Below, in pieces: positions 60,801 to 64,000 of a stretch of 64,000 nucleotides of DNA (the stretch's first letter is position 1; every line of letters begins with the position of its first letter). Made by a program: the position numbers and the translations under genes. The notes beneath the pieces are model-generated. The model did no database searches. It was not told the DNA's origin and worked only from the letters and a program-made list of their open reading frames with translations. The DNA comes from Carcharhinus amblyrhynchos (Eukaryota), in the NCBI GenBank assembly GCA_965287045.1, contig OZ336903.1, positions 1,178,001 to 1,242,000 of the forward strand. The letters are read 5' to 3'.

Positions 60801-61460
60801 CAAGTGGAAGCGGGAATATGGATTGACAGTGGGAAACAGCCGCAAACTAGTTGGAAGTTGGAAGCATCATTCTGCTGCGTCAGGCAGGAGTGTGGATGGG
60901 AGCTTACTTGATTCCACCCACAAAACTCAGGACTGTTATGGTCCGGGATCCACCTGGACTAATATAGTGGAATCCCTATCCTAGTATGGATTCGAATCTG
61001 CCACCAGGGTCGAACCAGGTGGTTCACCCTGCTGCAACTGTCTGAATTGGACTGTCAGGTAGTCTCCAGCCCTCCCCGGGGCTATTGGCTGCGGCGAGTT
61101 TACGGCGGAACCCGTATATACCGGTGGTCAAACGGCTCGAATATTGCACTGCATTATGGTAACTAGAGAAGTAAAAATTTATTTCCAAACAGCAGTGGGA
61201 AATCTTTGCCTCTCGCCCTGCTCCTCGGCGATCTAATTTCTAAATTAGGGAGCAGAACTTAAACATTTACGTGAAAACATTGCAAGAACATTTTCATTCA
61301 CAACTGACAGGCAGACATTGAACCGAACCATTGAATACAAAGATACTGAAATTGTCTCAGGGATTTATCATTCAGTTGGATGGATTAGTGCAGTGAAATA
61401 TCAGATATGAACTTGGAGGGCGATTACCTGATGGATCAGCCTGGCTGTTCCCTGGTCTGC
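45805..61460 (-). CDS. Gene B: apparently intact CD163/WC1/SCART-like type I membrane receptor, 7 SRCR + TM + Tyr-rich tail (exon 1 outside window; last exon uncertain)
   Basis: Exons 61428-61460, 60161-60475, 57518-57832, 56226-56540, 55599-55913, 53872-54186, 52791-53108, 52649-52705, 52243-52551, 52065-52103, 51760-51876, 49099-49206, 47532-47642, 46920-47051 are all open, AG/GT, phase 1-1. Confidence 0.88.
46920..47051 (-). CDS. Gene B cytoplasmic exon 3 (A)[43 protein letters not shown]
   Basis: ctctcag/gtgaga, 132 nt. Confidence 0.85.
47532..47642 (-). CDS. Gene B cytoplasmic exon 2 (V)[36 protein letters not shown]
   Basis: gccag/gtaggt, 111 nt. Confidence 0.85.
49099..49206 (-). CDS. 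Gene B cytoplasmic exon 1 (E)[35 protein letters not shown]
   Basis: ccaacag/gtttgt, 108 nt. Confidence 0.88.
49950..51540 (-). mobile_element. Old degenerate CR1 (paralog of 27830-30880, without the nested insertions)
   Basis: GPDGLHP-like, [19 protein letters not shown] fragments. Confidence 0.85.
51760..51876 (-). CDS. Gene B transmembrane exon [39 protein letters not shown]
   Basis: caag/gtaagg, 117 nt. Confidence 0.9.
52065..52103 (-). CDS. Gene B linker-2 exon (G)[12 protein letters not shown]
   Basis: atcag/gtatgt, 39 nt. Confidence 0.85.
52243..52551 (-). CDS. Gene B SRCR domain 7 (9 Cys)
   Basis: [30 protein letters not shown]...DASVICS, 309 nt. Confidence 0.95.
52649..52705 (-). 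CDS. Gene B linker-1 exon (E)[18 protein letters not shown]
   Basis: aacag/gtgttt, 57 nt. Confidence 0.8.
52791..53108 (-). CDS. Gene B SRCR domain 6
   Basis: [26 protein letters not shown], 318 nt. Confidence 0.95.
53292..53590 (-). mobile_element. CR1 ORF2 endonuclease-region fragment; separate CR1 3'-tail fragment at 53759-53825
   Basis: [11 protein letters not shown]...FGSSDHNM; aacatagaacatcgaacaccacagcacaaacaggccc. Confidence 0.8.
53872..54186 (-). CDS. Gene B SRCR domain 5
   Basis: [30 protein letters not shown], 315 nt. Confidence 0.95.
55599..55913 (-). CDS. Gene B SRCR domain 4 (lacks C2/C7)
   Basis: 315 nt, near-identical to 22180-22494. Confidence 0.95.
56226..56540 (-). CDS. 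Gene B SRCR domain 3
   Basis: [27 protein letters not shown], 315 nt. Confidence 0.95.
57518..57832 (-). CDS. Gene B SRCR domain 2
   Basis: [18 protein letters not shown]...DVSVICS, 315 nt. Confidence 0.95.
60161..60475 (-). CDS. Gene B SRCR domain 1 (lacks C2/C7)
   Basis: 315 nt, tacag/gtaaaa. Confidence 0.95.
60593..60790 (-). mobile_element. Short CR1 3' end, specific to gene B, candidate TSD TGAGA
   Basis: Empty site at ~17580 in gene A; acagcacaggaacaggcccttc 3'UTR. Confidence 0.8.
61428..61460 (-). CDS. Gene B exon 2 (C)[10 protein letters not shown]
   Basis: tttcag/gtaatc, 33 nt. Confidence 0.85.
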
Positions 61461-61863
61461 CTGAAATGAAATTTTGAAAATTAGTCTTTGTTGGAACAGG
61501 AGATGAATGAAACTGTCAAAACCAAACATCACAAAGTCAACACCGAGGATCTGTGTTATTTCTTCACTATATGATTTCCAAGCATTTGCTGTTAAAAAGT
61601 TTTATTCAAATTACCTCACCCGCGATACTATGGCCTATGAACATCCTGGTCTCATTCCATTTTTTGAATATATTTTTAAGCACGTGTTACCGTATTCCCA
61701 AACAGGGATATTTTGTGTCAGTCAAATCTCCAAGTCTACTTTAGCCTCTAGTTTGCATAATAAAACCAAAAAGACAGTGATTCTTCTCTCTGGTTGGATT
61801 GCTGAAATTTATAACTTGACCCACAGAGTAACAATGATAAAGTTACTCGAATATCTCTGCACC

Positions 61864-62262
61864 AGGGGAGATCTCATTGAGACGTATAAGATGATGAATG
61901 GGATGGATAGGATAGAGGTGGAGAGACTCTTCCCGCTCAAAAAAGGCAGTAGGACTAGGGGGCACAGCCTCAAGATAAAGGGGAGGCGGTTTAGAACGGA
62001 GTTGAGGAGGATCTTCTTCACTCAAAGGGTGGTGAATCTCTGGAATTCTCTGCCCGTTGAACTGGTGGAGGCTGCCTCGCTAAATATTTTTAAGAAGCAG
62101 GTTGATGGGTTCTTGATAAGAGAGGGGATTAAGGGTTATGGGGAGAGGGCGGGAAAGTGGAACTGAGCCACAACAGATCAGCCATGATCTTATTGAATGG
62201 CGGGGCAGGCTCGAAGGGCTAAATGGCCTACTCCTGCTCCTATTTCTTATGTTCTTATGTTC
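61864..62262 (+). mobile_element. 5'-truncated CR1 in intron 1 of gene B
   Basis: RGDLIETYK...[14 protein letters not shown]; ttcttatgttcttatg tail; empty site at ~16470. Confidence 0.93.
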
Positions 62263-64000
62263 AATACGGACAGTGCGTCATTTATTTCCAATGCAGACAA
62301 TCCTCAAATATCCTTATTAACTCTTCGCAAATAATATCGCACAACTTCCACTTACGTTGTTCTCATTGCCAGAATTGCGGGATAGCATTGCAATATTTAC
62401 GCAAAATGTTGACAATTTCTATGGTCCAAATGGAATCTCTGACCCCCTTCACCCATTCCATCTTCCTATCTCTGGCTCCACTTTTCAGTGTTCAGTAATT
62501 CTCCCACTGAACATTGACCCATTTCAAAAACACAGAATAAAGAAAAGTACATCATGGAAATAGACCCTTCGGTCCTTCAACCCCTGTCCATCATGATGTC
62601 CATTTAAGCAAAAAAAGTTGTGTTATTTCCGTCCCTATCCTTCTATTTTCTCTTTATTCTTGCACCCATCTAGATGTCTCTTAAAATGTTTCTCATGTGC
62701 CTGCTTCCATCACCTCCTCTGGCAGCGCCTTGCAGGCATGCACTACTTTCTGAGCTTTTCCCACATATCTTACTTTAAATTTCCCCTCTCACCTTAAATC
62801 TGTGGCCCCTTTTCTTCCTGCAACAGATCACTAATGACACTAACAAGCAATGAAATAGAAGGCGCTGGTCAGCAGCCTCATTTGCTAAAAAACAGCCATC
62901 ACCTGAATCGTTTGTGTACCGTGTAGATGATAGACAACAACAAATGGTCAAGACTCATTCGGCAGTTCATTCCAAACCCGCGATTTCTACCATCAAGAAA
63001 TACAAGGACAGACCGACGACACCACCCTGAATTGTACATTCCCTTCTAAGCCGGACAACATGCTGAGTTCGGACGATATCGGAGTTGCTTCATTCTCGTG
63101 AGCGCTAAATCCCTAATCTCACTATGCCTGCACCAGTGTATCATCTACTGAAGCCAGGCAGCAAAAAATGCTCAGAGATCCATTTCTGAAGACATATGGG
63201 TACAGATAACAAATGCTGCCATTGCCAGGGACACTGACTTCACAAGAAAGAGCATAACAATAAAAAAAAGCAAGGCCGTGGCTGAATGTGGAATATTAAC
63301 CTTATTTGGAAGAGATATAGAGACATGGGAAGTTTGGTACTGTAAAATGTAGGCCCATTTAAATATCACAAAAAGCCATTCGCACGAAGCAGAAAGGCGG
63401 CAAATATATCTCCCCGTGACTGAGTATTCGATCTGTTAATCATGTTTTATCTTAAACTATGAGACACAACAAGTAACAAATAAATGTCAGTATTACGAAT
63501 GGAATTAATTACACTACATCGTATTTGTAGTTGAAAACCACCGTTTAAGTCTGGAACCGTTTAGCTGACAGCAGGAAGATGAGATTACGAGTCGCTAGTG
63601 GAACCATAATTTTGAAATGTACGGCCATACCAAACTAACACTCGCCAGATATAAGATATTAGTTTTAGAATATAAGCGGAAATTTATCAAATCTTATCTG
63701 GACAGTGAGTTTTTTTTTTCCTGGGATCTGTAAAATGGCTGAAAACATTTTCCAAGGAACAGTTGGCGTCGCCAATTTGGAATGAGTAATGGGTTTTCAG
63801 AGCTCATTCTAAGAAATGGAAAGCTCAATGGATATTGAGAGTGTCTGGGAACAGGTTGACAATTATCCAGTGATTGATACACAAAACGGAAGTCGATGTA
63901 TGGTTAGAAAGCTTTGTTTTGATTTCTAAAGCTCATTTTTCCAAATAGCAATCAGAAATACTGATGTTGCAAATTCGCGGAAGAAGCCGGATCTTTCATT

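Noticed and set aside
61507-62166. 219-aa ORF
   Set aside because: Chance fusion of antisense intron sequence with a CR1 ORF2 fragment

Overview
Eukaryotic genomic DNA, almost certainly from a shark or other elasmobranch (HE1/V-SINE-type tRNA-derived SINEs, CR1 LINEs with (TTCTATG)n tails, Penelope-type palindromes). The window holds part of a cluster of group B scavenger-receptor cysteine-rich (SRCR; CD163/WC1/SCART-like) genes in alternating orientation. Gene C (- strand) has only its signal-peptide exon here (4459-4504). Gene A (+ strand) starts at 14536. Gene B (- strand) runs from 61460 down to about 45800, with exon 1 beyond the window. All internal exons I could delimit are phase 1-1. 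Gene B looks intact: 7 SRCR domains, 2 linkers, a TM helix containing a Glu, and a Tyr-rich tail ([19 protein letters not shown]). Gene A is intact through SRCR6 but has many lesions downstream: a dead linker and SRCR7 (with a SINE insertion), a TAA right after the TM helix, a deleted YEEI exon and decayed tail exons. It is therefore a candidate tail-less or secreted partner receptor, or a decaying pseudogene. The genes sit in large inverted duplications, and both symmetry axes are filled with tandem repeats, including an 8-copy array of YY1-like motifs. Paralog identity is patchy, which suggests gene conversion, and SRCR1 differs mostly by amino-acid-changing substitutions. Coordinates and difference counts were read by eye; repeat boundaries are approximate.
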